DNA from: Candidatus Dojkabacteria bacterium
GTDB lineage: Bacteria > Patescibacteriota > Dojkabacteria > JAOAGR01
Reading direction: 5' to 3'
DNA: 64,000 nt
NCBI GenBank assembly: GCA_025999155.1
Contig: AP026679.1
Coordinates: 163,996 to 227,995, forward strand
This document shows positions 29,059-40,063 of this stretch, one piece after another. Both the position numbers and the translations under genes were made by a program. A model generated the notes under the pieces. That model was given only the letters and a program-made list of their open reading frames with translations. It was not told the DNA's origin and did no database searches. The number at the start of each line of letters is the position of its first letter. Position 1 is the first letter of the stretch.

Positions 29059-30330
29059 CTAGTCAGAGTATAGACTTTTTTCTGATTTAGATCTACTGGA
29101 TGTAGCTGACATTGTATTGATATGAATAATAAGATTTTTAATATCTAATATTTCTTGGGAAGGCGAAGTTAATAATCTTAACGCAAAAAGTTCGGTACCC
29201 CATAAACGTATGTTACAAATGTCATTCCATTGAGAAATATCTAAATCTTGAGATACACGTAACAAAGCATATAAAAATTCATGCAACGAAGAACCTGGAC
29301 TCGTTTTTGACCCCCAAGGCTCAAATTGTAATTCAGAAACTTCAATATCTAAATCAAATTTTCCCTTTAGTTGTAATATTTTTTTAAATATATTATGCCC
29401 ATACACAAGCTTAGAAAAAGAAAAATTGTCGATACACATATTTGCAAACTCAGGATATCCATCAATTTTATAGTAATAATTTAATCCTAAAGTAAATTTA
29501 GCATCGGGTTTTATTCGTTGGATATCTTCTAGTAATCTAACAATCTTCTCAAACTCGGGCCTAAATAAAGTGTAAAATTGGGGACCTCCTGACATCGAAA
29601 TAAAAATTCTTGAACTCGGAAAATACTGTGATGTTAATGTTATCATGTCTTTCTCAAAATCAATACTTGGAATCCATCGTAGTCTTCCATATGGGTTAAA
29701 CACTTCATTATCATTTTGTACACTTTCGACGATGTCAAAAAATCTGTCTCCAAAAGTTTTATAAAAGGCCTCAAAAAGACTTGTTAAATATAGTTTCGAT
29801 TTTTCAAATATGAGGCCTTTATTTGGAATCTCAAAAATTTTGAAGCTGTTTCCAACTTTTCGTACTAATTCGTCCGGAACATGAATCTCAGGCCACCTAA
29901 AAACTTTTATAGGACCAATATTCAGATGCACTCTGACGTTATTTGCGATACAATATCGAATTAGATCACTGTAATAACTTAAATCAATAAAATCACCTTG
30001 AAAAACTTTATTCCACCGTATACCTATACGAACACTTTGCAAATCTAATTCTTTATGTAAAAAGTCGAGAATTTCGTAACTTCTAAAAGACAATCGCTGA
30101 AAATTTGTTGAATTCATCAAATATTCTAAATGCTCAGGCGAAAAAGAGTGAGAAAAATTGATCTTACTTAATACCATACTGTACTTCGATAAAAATTCAG
30201 ATGTATCTAACAAAGAGTCGAAGTAAGCCTGCATCATGTTACGAAACATGACAGGCACTAACATTTGTACAAATCTATTCTGCTGAAAAGAGAAAATATT
30301 TCTACTCAGAGCCATACGACTAACTACCAA
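29059..30330 (-). CDS. hypothetical cytoplasmic protein, possibly a TIM-barrel clan GH-A-like glycoside hydrolase
   Basis: 423 aa with no signal peptide. An NEV/NEP-like motif (VQNDNEVFNP) and a SELQFEPWG motif lie about 125 aa apart. The spacing resembles the acid/base and nucleophile glutamates of clan GH-A enzymes. This is weak evidence. Confidence 0.3.
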   Translation of the reverse strand: MVVSRMALSRNIFSFQQNRFVQMLVPVMFRNMMQAYFDSLLDTSEFLSKYSMVLSKINFSHSFSPEHLEYLMNSTNFQRLSFRSYEILDFLHKELDLQSVRIGIRWNKVFQGDFIDLSYYSDLIRYCIANNVRVHLNIGPIKVFRWPEIHVPDELVRKVGNSFKIFEIPNKGLIFEKSKLYLTSLFEAFYKTFGDRFFDIVESVQNDNEVFNPYGRLRWIPSIDFEKDMITLTSQYFPSSRIFISMSGGPQFYTLFRPEFEKIVRLLEDIQRIKPDAKFTLGLNYYYKIDGYPEFANMCIDNFSFSKLVYGHNIFKKILQLKGKFDLDIEVSELQFEPWGSKTSPGSSLHEFLYALLRVSQDLDISQWNDICNIRLWGTELFALRLLTSPSQEILDIKNLIIHINTMSATSSRSKSEKSLYSD

Positions 30331-31049
30331 CCTTTTCGTAAATATCCAAGCACAAGATAACCCTCGTAAGATAGCAAAAGACTACAAACGAAAATGATTG
30401 TACTTAAAGCCTTTAGTATTTGTAAACCCAAGCCGAACAATTTTACCATACACTACTGAGTGTAAATCATCAATTCTTTGCTCGAAACAATAATTTATCT
30501 TCCACTTTGAACAGGAAAAAAGTCGTCGAGATGGGTTTGTTTGTTTAGGTTGACAGGACTATTTATGTAGCCTGACTAATAAACTACTGTAAATGTGTCT
30601 ATCGTCAATTTATAAAGGAATACAAGGTTGATGGTATCAGTTGAGCCTCTGCCATTGTATGGTCTTGACGAAGGTATAGTTTAAGTTGTGCCTGTTTTTA
30701 TTGTCCTTCCAAGGTTTTATCTACTAGTTATTGTAATAATAGCGAAAACACGTCCTAGCTTTGGGTTGTCATGGCGTTCGGTTATTAGCTTAGTCTAAAT
30801 TTGATTCTTCGCTATAAAATACTGCAAATAACTAATTACCAAATTCTCACATTTTACAGCAAAAGTCTGTGTTACTGATATGCTTAATATGATTATATAA
30901 ATGTACTAGCTATAATTCCCCTACAAAATACTATAAAATCAATAGAAAATTTTTTGTTGAAATATAATTTTCTTGAAATATAATTCACATTCTTATATAA
31001 GTAAAATGCATTAAGTAAATATGCATACAATTATATTTATTATCTGATC

Positions 31050-31793
31050 ATGCTCAAAACGAAAGCCAAGTACTACAGTTTACAAGAGAAAAAATGGCAA
31101 GAAATCGAGATTGTTATTGATAAAAAACTAAATTTTGATTATTCACATTGTTCCTGGTTTGCTATCGATGGTGAATTTACAGGTATTTATGCTCAGAGGG
31201 ATAAAGATGTATTATGGACTATAGCATCTGAAGATAATCAAGGAAATCTGAGAGTTGAAATGCTTTATACCTACCAAAATGATGCTGATCTCTCTGTGTT
31301 GAAAGATTTATTATTAAGTGATAAAGAAAAACTTTTCTGGTATGGAGTCTTAGATTTAGCATTTTTAATGAATAGAACCGGAGTCCGAGTAAGTCATCCT
31401 GTTTTCGACGTAAAAATAGCTTCACGCATAGTCCGTACCTACACTCCTGAGCATAATATAGATGTGCTATTAACTAGTTTATTTAGTGCTCCTTCAGATG
31501 TGACCAACAAAAAAGAATTGAAGTTATCGAAAGAATTTGGAATACCCCCACAAGAATGGAGTGAAACCTTACACCAATATAATGTAAATGATGTCGCGTA
31601 TCTGAGACCGATTTCGGTAAGGTTAAAAGAAATGGCACGATATATGAATAGAGAAGAAATACTGAATTCCATGCATAGAGCACTACCAGAAATTGCTTAT
31701 CTGAATTCGCAAGGATTTTATCGAGATATATTTAGCCCATCTTATAATGATACAGACATGCAATCGGGCATCCTAATACCCTCAAAAAGATAG
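31050..31793 (+). CDS. DEDDy-type 3'-5' exonuclease (RNase D or Pol I exonuclease-like)
   Basis: 247 aa. Exo motif I FAIDGEF (DxE), motif II FWYGVLDLAFL and motif III YNVNDVAYL (Yx3D). Confidence 0.5.
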   Translation: MLKTKAKYYSLQEKKWQEIEIVIDKKLNFDYSHCSWFAIDGEFTGIYAQRDKDVLWTIASEDNQGNLRVEMLYTYQNDADLSVLKDLLLSDKEKLFWYGVLDLAFLMNRTGVRVSHPVFDVKIASRIVRTYTPEHNIDVLLTSLFSAPSDVTNKKELKLSKEFGIPPQEWSETLHQYNVNDVAYLRPISVRLKEMARYMNREEILNSMHRALPEIAYLNSQGFYRDIFSPSYNDTDMQSGILIPSKR

Positions 31794-31897
31794 ACATTTA
31801 TAGACGTATATCCAAATCCTGTGAGTAGAAATCTTACAAAAATAAAGCTGCCAACAGTTTGCGTGTATAGACGACAAAATACAATACCGGCAATAAA

Positions 31898-34800
31898 CTA
31901 TTTCTTTTTCCTCTTTTGTTGCGCCTCTTTGAATGCTTGTTCCAAAGATTCTTGAGCTAACCGAGCAGCACGCTTTAACGCAGCTTCAACTTCATAACTT
32001 CGAGCCTGTCTTTCTATACGAGCAGTGTACAATAACACTCTACTTGCAATATCTTGATCTATAGAATCGATCATTTGAGAAAAAAGTATATAACCCTCAT
32101 TTTGATATATATTCAAAGGATCTTTCTGTCCATATCCCTGGAAACCGGCTCCAGAACGGATATCTTCCATATTCTCTAAATGATCAACCCAATGTGAATC
32201 AATCGAATCCAACAAAACATATTTTTCAATCTCGCGCATTGTTACGAAACCTTCTTCTTTTTCTTTCATATCATATGCTTCATCAACAATAATCATTAAT
32301 TGTTCACGTATTCTTTCTTTTATTGGATTTTGCATTAAGAATTCCTTGAATTCATCCAAACTAGACCCAAATTCTTTTGTGATCACAGCTTCAAAAATAT
32401 ACTGTGGTATCATCCTCAATAAGTTATTTAATAAAGTCTCAATATTTTCTGCTGTTAAGGTTTCTAAATTTGAAACTTCATCTACAATATGACCAACTTG
32501 CGTCTTGAGTTTACGTAAGACATAATCTCGTAGTCTTATTTCTCCTTCATAAATACCAGATTCTTCAATTTGTTTATCTATCTGTTCTTTATTCACTTGA
32601 TAATATTCTTTAGCCTCCTCAAATAGCTCCATAATCCTACGACGCCTCTTATAAATAACTAATCTTTGTTTATTTAAAACATCATCAAACTCAACTAGAT
32701 GTTTACGGATGTCAAAATTTTCTGCTTCAACTCGCCTTTGAGCAGACTTTATAGCATTAGTAATAAACTTTGATTCAAATGCAACATCATCAGGAATATT
32801 TGAAGCACTCAAAATTCTCTTGATCATATCACCACCATATATTCTCATTAACTCGTCATCTAAAGCCAAGTAAAACCTAGATGACCCAGGATCTCCTTGT
32901 CGTCCAGCTCTTCCTCTTAACTGATTATCTATACGTCTAGACTCATGTCTCTCTGTACCTATAACATACAGACCTCCTAAATCCTTTACACCAGGACCTA
33001 ATTTAATATCTGTACCTCTACCTGCCATGTTCGTTGAAATCGTAACAGCCCCTTTCTGACCAGCTTTTGCAATAATCTCTGCTTCTCGAGCATGATTTTT
33101 TGCATTTAACACTTCGTGCTTAATGCCAACCTCTTTGAGCATGGCAGATAATTTTTCTGATTTTTCAACCGACACTGTACCTACTAACACAGGTTGTCCA
33201 ATTTTGTGTTTTTCCTGTATATCTTTAACTATAGCCCTAAATTTAGCATCTTCATTTTTGTAAATAACATCATCATGATCCACCCTTATCATGGGCTTAT
33301 TGGTCGGTATTTCGACAACATCAAGGTTGTATATTTTGCTAAATTCTTCTGCCTCTGTTACTGCAGTACCCGTCATGCCAGATAGAATAGGGAAGAGTCT
33401 AAAATAATTTTGATAGGTAACTGTTGCTACAGTACGCGATTCTTTCTGTATAGGCACACCTTCTTTTGCTTCTATAGCTTGATGAATACCATCGGACAAA
33501 CGACGCCCTGGTTGTAGACGCCCCGTAAATTCGTCAACTAATATAACTTCCCCATTATGCACAATGTAGTGATCGTCTCTTTTGTAATAGTACGTAGCTA
33601 ATAAAGCTCTATCAAGATACTTGGCATACTCAGGATAAATCCAGATATTTTCGACACCAAGCCATTTTTCCATTTTTTTAATTCCAGAGTCTGTCAAAGT
33701 CACAGCTCTTTCTTTTTCATCAACTTGATAATCACCTTCCGTCAACTGTTTGACTAATTTCGCAAATTTTGTATAAAGAAGATTTGACTCTTCTGAAGAG
33801 CTGGAAATGATGAGGGGTGTACGTGCCTCATCTATTAAAATCGAATCAACCTCGTCTACTACGCAAAAGAAAGGATCACGTTGATTCATGTCTTCGAAAG
33901 TTTTTTGCATATTATCCCTCAAATAATCAAAGCCGAACTCAGAGTTTGTACCGTAGGTGATATCACATAAATATGCATTTTTTCTTGTCGTCTCAACCAA
34001 AGTAAGACCCTTCAACGAGCTATAATTCGACCAATCTATCTTTTTTGCAAGTTCAATCTCTTCAGGACTTCGAGCACAATTAGATAGTGCCTCGGGATCA
34101 ACATACTTATAGGATTTCTCTTGATTTATGACTCCAACAGTGATACCTAGATAACCTAACATGTGACCCACCCATTCACCATCACGTTTAGCTAAATAAT
34201 CGTTTACGGTAACTAAATATACTCCACGACCAAAAAGAGAGTAGAGAAATAATGCCAGTGGCGCTACCAAGGTTTTTCCTTCCCCAGTCTTAAATTCAAT
34301 AATACGCCCTTGAGCTAAAGCAATGCCTGCCATCAACTGTACAGGAAAATGTCTATGATTTGATGTTCTTTTTGCAACCTCGCGTACTAAAGCATAACAA
34401 AAAGGCAACTTCTCCATGATAAATTCGTATATTTTAGAACCCTGTTTCGTTTCTAACCAAGCCTTACCTTTTTCTGTAAAAAGCTTTGCATCAGGTGGGA
34501 GTTTTTCTTGAAATTCTTTTCTAAGTTCTACTACGGCTTGACGCATTTCCTCTTGTGTCATGGCACTCATTTCCTCTTCAAGTGCCTCAATTTTGTCCAC
34601 TATCTTGCGTAATTTTTCTATTTGTTTCTCATTGGAATCAAAGAATCTATTTTGAATAGACCGGACAAAAAAGCTGTTTCTTAAACCTTTACTCATATTG
34701 ATGATAGCAGTCATCACAGGACTAACTTGCTTCTTTATCAGGCTAAATGTGAATTTAGAATTTTTCTTTTGAGAGTCTGTAGACTGGCTGAGACCTAGTA

Positions 34801-34951
34801 ATTTTGTTATTTTCTTATCAGCTGCTGTCTGAGTCTTATTTTTGACATTGGATCCTGAAACACTTTTTGAAGATTTTGAGCCCATTTTTATAGATTTTGC
34901 AGGATCTTTTCCCGATTTCGTCTGTTTTTTTTGTCTTTGGTGATTTGTCAT
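31898..34951 (-). CDS. secA: preprotein translocase ATPase SecA
   Basis: 1017-aa ORF. Walker A GEGKTLVAPLA, DEAD-like DEVDSILIDEARTPLIIS, and preprotein cross-linking and helical scaffold domains. The conserved core begins near the internal Met at MTAIINMSKGL. The first ~80 aa of the ORF are a K/S-rich extension, and the true start is uncertain. Confidence 0.9.
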   Translation of the reverse strand: MTNHQRQKKQTKSGKDPAKSIKMGSKSSKSVSGSNVKNKTQTAADKKITKLLGLSQSTDSQKKNSKFTFSLIKKQVSPVMTAIINMSKGLRNSFFVRSIQNRFFDSNEKQIEKLRKIVDKIEALEEEMSAMTQEEMRQAVVELRKEFQEKLPPDAKLFTEKGKAWLETKQGSKIYEFIMEKLPFCYALVREVAKRTSNHRHFPVQLMAGIALAQGRIIEFKTGEGKTLVAPLALFLYSLFGRGVYLVTVNDYLAKRDGEWVGHMLGYLGITVGVINQEKSYKYVDPEALSNCARSPEEIELAKKIDWSNYSSLKGLTLVETTRKNAYLCDITYGTNSEFGFDYLRDNMQKTFEDMNQRDPFFCVVDEVDSILIDEARTPLIISSSSEESNLLYTKFAKLVKQLTEGDYQVDEKERAVTLTDSGIKKMEKWLGVENIWIYPEYAKYLDRALLATYYYKRDDHYIVHNGEVILVDEFTGRLQPGRRLSDGIHQAIEAKEGVPIQKESRTVATVTYQNYFRLFPILSGMTGTAVTEAEEFSKIYNLDVVEIPTNKPMIRVDHDDVIYKNEDAKFRAIVKDIQEKHKIGQPVLVGTVSVEKSEKLSAMLKEVGIKHEVLNAKNHAREAEIIAKAGQKGAVTISTNMAGRGTDIKLGPGVKDLGGLYVIGTERHESRRIDNQLRGRAGRQGDPGSSRFYLALDDELMRIYGGDMIKRILSASNIPDDVAFESKFITNAIKSAQRRVEAENFDIRKHLVEFDDVLNKQRLVIYKRRRRIMELFEEAKEYYQVNKEQIDKQIEESGIYEGEIRLRDYVLRKLKTQVGHIVDEVSNLETLTAENIETLLNNLLRMIPQYIFEAVITKEFGSSLDEFKEFLMQNPIKERIREQLMIIVDEAYDMKEKEEGFVTMREIEKYVLLDSIDSHWVDHLENMEDIRSGAGFQGYGQKDPLNIYQNEGYILFSQMIDSIDQDIASRVLLYTARIERQARSYEVEAALKRAARLAQESLEQAFKEAQQKRKKK

Positions 34952-35865
34952 AAAGTTTTACTCCAAATACTCTATTATAATTTGCTAATTTTAAAATAGG
35001 TAGACGTATAATAGCAAATTTATCTAAAAAATGCTTTTAAATATGAGCATTAACGAAGATGTAATTTTATATATGCTACGAGCTTGATCACACTCAATCT
35101 AAATTGGTAAATTAATACACGAACATAAAAGGGAAAAGTAATTTCTTTTCGCATCTAACAGAACTTTTTTATTATATAAAGCGAAATAACCAGTAAGAAT
35201 CAGATAAAATGACACCAATAAATTCAAGAAATAAAAATCATACAATTGCCACACGAATATGATTGCTTTATAAAGCGATAGCAAGCAAGTGATACACAAA
35301 CTATCTCATCCAATCCGCATCATTTTCTTCACATGGACACCATTACTATTTTCATCATAATCATACGATTATGGATAAAAAGTATAAAATCGCATTTAAT
35401 CTAATACTTTCCATGTCACAAACTTTCTCATTATCGAAACAAACAATCACAGTCCCCAAGATCAGTAAAAATTATAATTAAATTCCTATTAGAATCCATC
35501 AAAAGAAATAGCTTTACATTGATACAAAATCCAATCTAAGTATAGATATTCATTGCTGGAATTCCGATTATTAGCCGTAGTTTTCGTATTTACTTCATTA
35601 TATAGTACAGCATTAATTCTTCAATAGCACAGATATCGAATCAACTAACGTCAAATAAACAGATATTAAAACTAAAACCCGCCCGATTACTTACAACTTT
35701 TTACATAACACATTTTGCAACGACATTTACACTTACTTATATCATATAAACCTATAAGGCTATTCATGCATTAAGATAATAATCTTTAAAATTCTTTACA
35801 AAATCAATATCCACAGATAATTGTAAAAGATGTAAATATACTAAAATATCTACACTCGAAGTTTC

Positions 35866-37008
35866 CTAAAATGGGAACTGTACGTTTTTATTAAACTTGT
35901 ACTCAAATGTTTTCAAATCATCAAATATAGGCTTCTTAGTTTCTAGATCGAATCTGTCGGAATATCTGATAATAATAGTATCCATTGTAGCTACAATTTC
36001 TTTTATATAGGTATTATCATCACCAAATACAACTTCGACATTCCCTGATTCAGTGTTAAACTTATACACTTCATGACCCACATATTTATATTTATATTTA
36101 TATTTATATTTACATCCTACACCATCATACAAATATACTTCGCCAGATAATTTATCCACGTGAACTATACCACCAAACGACCTTACCAGAGAATCATCAA
36201 CTACCCTTCTTATATCTATACCTTCTATTGTATCAATACTTCCCGCATTTACATCAGTAGGATTAAGACATGTAGCTATAGTATTAAGCATGTCACCAGT
36301 ATAATTGTTTATATCATTAAAATTCGTAGAAGTCGCAAAATAACGATTATTAAACACATATTTGATTTCTTGTGTAATATGGGTGGGACTTACATCCACA
36401 GGTAGCTCCTTACCATTTATGATATGCATTTGTCTCACAGCCACGAAGGGATCGCTAGGATTATTGCAATCTATAGGTGACCTTTCAAGTAATGTGTATG
36501 AAAGCGAACCATCAGGACCTAAGGCCATTGACGCTACAAATGGATAATTATCAGGAGCCACATATACTACGGAAACCTTTTTATTTACATCCATGACTTT
36601 AACCTCTCTAGGATTCGATTCTTCTACAAAATACAATTTAGTACCATCCTCACTTATCACCGGCTCTGCAGGCAACTTCACAAACCCAGCTGCACATTTA
36701 TCAGCATCTACTACAGACCTCAGTCCCATAAATGGATGACTTTTAATTAATTCTTTACCCAGTGTATATTCGTTTACTTTTGCCCCTATATCAACAATCT
36801 TATTGAACTTTATCCCTTTATTGAAAGATGTGTTATACACTACAACACCTAAAATTACCGATATCACCAAGACCACAACTAAAGAAGCATAGAAAAAATA
36901 AGGCTGACTCTTTACCTTGTCAAGTAAGTTAATAAGGACTCCAGTCTTACCAGAGTCATGGGCATTCTTTTTGGATTGATCTTTTGATGAGTATTTATTT
37001 GATGACAT
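35866..37008 (-). CDS. membrane-anchored surface protein, paralog 1 of a tandem pair
   Basis: 380 aa. K-rich cytoplasmic N-terminus, one TM helix, then an extracytoplasmic domain with a conserved block PAEPV..DGTKLYFVEESNPREVKVMDVNKKVSVVY.APDNYPFVASMALGP.GSLSYTLLE.SPIDCNNPSD shared with the upstream gene. Carries a (KY)5 repeat. Confidence 0.6.
   Translation of the reverse strand: MSSNKYSSKDQSKKNAHDSGKTGVLINLLDKVKSQPYFFYASLVVVLVISVILGVVVYNTSFNKGIKFNKIVDIGAKVNEYTLGKELIKSHPFMGLRSVVDADKCAAGFVKLPAEPVISEDGTKLYFVEESNPREVKVMDVNKKVSVVYVAPDNYPFVASMALGPDGSLSYTLLERSPIDCNNPSDPFVAVRQMHIINGKELPVDVSPTHITQEIKYVFNNRYFATSTNFNDINNYTGDMLNTIATCLNPTDVNAGSIDTIEGIDIRRVVDDSLVRSFGGIVHVDKLSGEVYLYDGVGCKYKYKYKYKYVGHEVYKFNTESGNVEVVFGDDNTYIKEIVATMDTIIIRYSDRFDLETKKPIFDDLKTFEYKFNKNVQFPF
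36082..36111. repeat. hexanucleotide microsatellite (ATATTT)5 inside the CDS, encoding (KY)5
   Basis: Five perfect tandem copies of ATATTT. The repeat is in frame and translates to KYKYKYKYKY in paralog 1. The paralog at 37162-38280 has no repeat at the equivalent position. Confidence 0.8.
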
Positions 37009-37161
37009 GATTTAAATCTTACAATATCCACACTTGATGACAACTTAGGTTATATATAAATTGTCGCTATTCTTGACGAAAGCTATATAGTTGGATAAAT
37101 ATAGAAAAGTGCAGATATATTCTTAGATACCTGCACTTGAAATACAGTAGATTCGAAATTA

Positions 37162-38280
37162 CTAGTTTCTATTCAACTTATATTCAAAAGTTTTCAACTC
37201 ATCATCTATAAGATCTCCGGTTTCCGAATGTTCTAAATATTTCACAACAATGGCATCATCCGTAACTGTAATCTCTTGTATAGACGTATTATCAGTACCG
37301 AAAATTACCTCGAATTTGCCAGTCTTAATGTTTAACTTGTATACTTTGCTACCCTTGGTATCAGGACCTGTTCCGTCACCGTTCAAATACACATCGCCAG
37401 ATAATTTATCCTCATAAACTATACCATTAAAAGCTCCGACCAAAGAATTATCTGATACTCTTATTATCTGTATATAAGGATGACCATCAAAACCAATACC
37501 ATTTGACTTTATTCTCGTTAAAAAATACTCATCATTAAATATATATTTTATTTCGTATATAAAACTAGAACTTACATCGCTTACAGGCAACTCCTTGCCA
37601 TTAACAATATGCATTTGTCTCACAGCTACGGTGTCACTAGGATTATTGCAATCTATAGGTGACTTTTCAAGTAATGTGTATGAAAGGGAACCATTGGGAC
37701 CTAAAGCCATTGACGCTACAAATGGATAATTATCAGGAGCCGCATATACTACGGAAACCTTTTTATTTACATCCATGACTTTTACTTCTCTAGGATTAGA
37801 TTCCTCCACAAAATACATTTTAGTCCCATCCGCATTTACAACAGGTTCTGCAGGCATCTTCACAACATTAAATGGACAATCAGGATAATTTCCGTGCTTT
37901 AGACCTTTAAATGGATAACTTATCACTAATTCTTCACCCAATTTATATTCGTTGGATCTTGCATCACTATTCACTGTCTTGCTAAACCTTTTCTCCGGAG
38001 CAGGAACATCATACTGGGCATTTTGTTTATCACTCCCAGAAGATACACCATAGGCATTCTCTTGAGTGCCAATCTTCTTTGATAGTTCGGCGCTATACCA
38101 TACCACAGCAACAGCCGCAACACAAGCAACAATCAGTACTATTACTACGACCACGACCAAAAATACATAAACAATAGCAGGTGTCTTTCTTACCTTTTCC
38201 AACAGACCAAAATCTACTCCAGTCTTCCCAGAATGATTGGTAGCCTGCTGGGGCTGATTTATTGAGTCGTCCTGTGACAT
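37162..38280 (-). CDS. membrane-anchored surface protein, paralog 2 of a tandem pair
   Basis: 372 aa with the same architecture as the gene at 35866-37008. The central ~90 aa are about 88% identical to paralog 1 and the flanks are diverged. The two C-termini still resemble each other (FEYKLNRN versus FEYKFNKN). Confidence 0.6.
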   Translation of the reverse strand: MSQDDSINQPQQATNHSGKTGVDFGLLEKVRKTPAIVYVFLVVVVVIVLIVACVAAVAVVWYSAELSKKIGTQENAYGVSSGSDKQNAQYDVPAPEKRFSKTVNSDARSNEYKLGEELVISYPFKGLKHGNYPDCPFNVVKMPAEPVVNADGTKMYFVEESNPREVKVMDVNKKVSVVYAAPDNYPFVASMALGPNGSLSYTLLEKSPIDCNNPSDTVAVRQMHIVNGKELPVSDVSSSFIYEIKYIFNDEYFLTRIKSNGIGFDGHPYIQIIRVSDNSLVGAFNGIVYEDKLSGDVYLNGDGTGPDTKGSKVYKLNIKTGKFEVIFGTDNTSIQEITVTDDAIVVKYLEHSETGDLIDDELKTFEYKLNRN

Positions 38281-39099
38281 TTGTTTACTCTACCATATAC
38301 ACACCAGATGTCAATTTATGATTCTACCTGTGTATGTAGCAAGCAGATCCAATTTGACACATTACTCTAGCAATCTTAACCTGTGTCACTCTCTCAAGAA
38401 TATAAAATTATCGATCTTCACTTTTAAAATACCTAGTGTCGTAGTCATGATACTCGCATCTTTGTCACACCTTGACATTGTATTGTGAATAATATTCGGG
38501 TTCAGGAGGTACAGTGAAAATTATAGACATTACTATTATTCTTGACCTCATTCGCTCAGGGATCATCAGATCTTAAAATCGCTCAATAAACGACTACAGA
38601 TACCAATACAACTAATGTTAATCAAACGGATATTAAAAGATTTGTATTATTGAGAAATTCTGCATTAATTGAATTTGCAACAGCAAAGTTGTTACAAACG
38701 TCTATCATGTAGGCGACATAGATTTATTCGTGTCTTTTGTGTTATCCAAGCTTAAGGGTAATAGTTGCGTAAGAAATAATTAGATAGAATCAAATATTCC
38801 TTGTGAATAACCGAATATTCACCAAGTCAAAGTCCTCCCAATACTTAATAAAAAGATCATTTTTATTTGTCACATATATATTTTCTATCCAGGCATCTAA
38901 TAAGATCGTTTCTTTGCCATTCGCTAAATCTAATCTTATAAGTTTCTTTAGTGAGCGCATCTAATCTTCACTTTGTATAAATAAGAGATAATCAGAGTCT
39001 ATATAATACCTTCGCTATTTTGATCTCATTCAAATACTCCCACCCGAGACATTGCCAATTACAACAGATCATGGGGCACCGGTAAATTACATTCTTGAC

Positions 39100-39798
39100 T
39101 TAAATTATGTACAATGCACCTTGCCCCATAGACACTAATTCTTCGTATCTACCAGTCGTCAAAATCTTACTCTTGAGAACATGAGTTACACCAATATCAT
39201 TCGCCCTACCACAATTCAAAAGAGAATCTGAAACTAACGTATGATATTGATCACCGTTACGATCAAAAGCGAAGGATACTACGTACCCATCACCAGTATC
39301 TACTACCGAGACATCGTTGTTATTTCCGACCAATTTACAATATTAGGAGCATCTGGTTATGCAAAATAGATTCTTTTCTTGAGTCATGACAGGATTGGCA
39401 TCCCCTTTTGGAGACATAAGACAGTTAGTTCCTAGGATTGATTTTAATTGTTCACTCGCCTTTATTGGATCCGTATCAATATACGAGATGCTTAGGCCTG
39501 TATTACTTCCATTCCTTACAACATAATCACCAAGACGACTAAATGTGTTGTCTTTATTTAATTGCTGAATAGAAAAAATACCATCAGCGACAGAAAAATC
39601 CACAATTTATTCATAAAAATTAAAGAATACCAAACTTCCAGCACTAAGCACTAACAAGTTTTTTAGAATCCCAAGATGCAGAAACTGTAATCTGATTTTC
39701 GTTATTATTAACTTCATTTTCGGACTGAGAATCTTATTTAGTGTAAACTGGACTACCAACCAAATACATTGCAATAAAAACGAATACTGACAATACAA
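39100..39798 (-). pseudogene. decayed gene: one reading frame of about 232 codons interrupted by two in-frame TAA stops
   Basis: The three ORFs 39607-39798, 39343-39603 and 39100-39333 all lie in the same minus-strand frame. The stop codons at 39607-39609 and 39343-39345 are TAA, and 1 and 3 sense codons separate the pieces. A frame this long with only two stops is very unlikely by chance in AT-rich DNA. Confidence 0.35.
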
Positions 39799-40063
39799 TT
39801 CCTATGAAAACAAGAACTGACATGCCGGATGTCACGTTTACCCTGAATTTAGCTGAAATGTAAGCAGAAAAAAGATCTTGATTTGTTAAGCGTTCTGAAA
39901 GATCTCATTTACTATTCATATATTAATTATTTTTATATTATTCATACTATATCGCTTACTATGTTTAATTAATTGAATACTAAGATCAAGACAAACAAAG
40001 TATGATATCTTATAATGTCTAATTTCCAGAAGATCTTTTTTATCAAAAGTAGATTCTTACAAA

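Noticed and set aside
35806-37032. Two DnaA-box-like 9-mers, ATATCCACA, at 35806-35815 and 37023-37032. They suggested a possible origin of replication.
   Set aside because: There are only two copies. Each differs from the TTATCCACA consensus. They flank the duplicated surface-protein gene and are probably part of the duplicated unit. No dnaA or dnaN is nearby.
39343-39609. Possibility of an alternative genetic code with stop-codon reassignment, which would explain the in-frame stops in the 39100-39798 frame.
   Set aside because: Both in-frame stops are TAA, not TGA. All long housekeeping genes (secA, topA, uvrB and the 1725-aa protein) are intact under the standard bacterial code.
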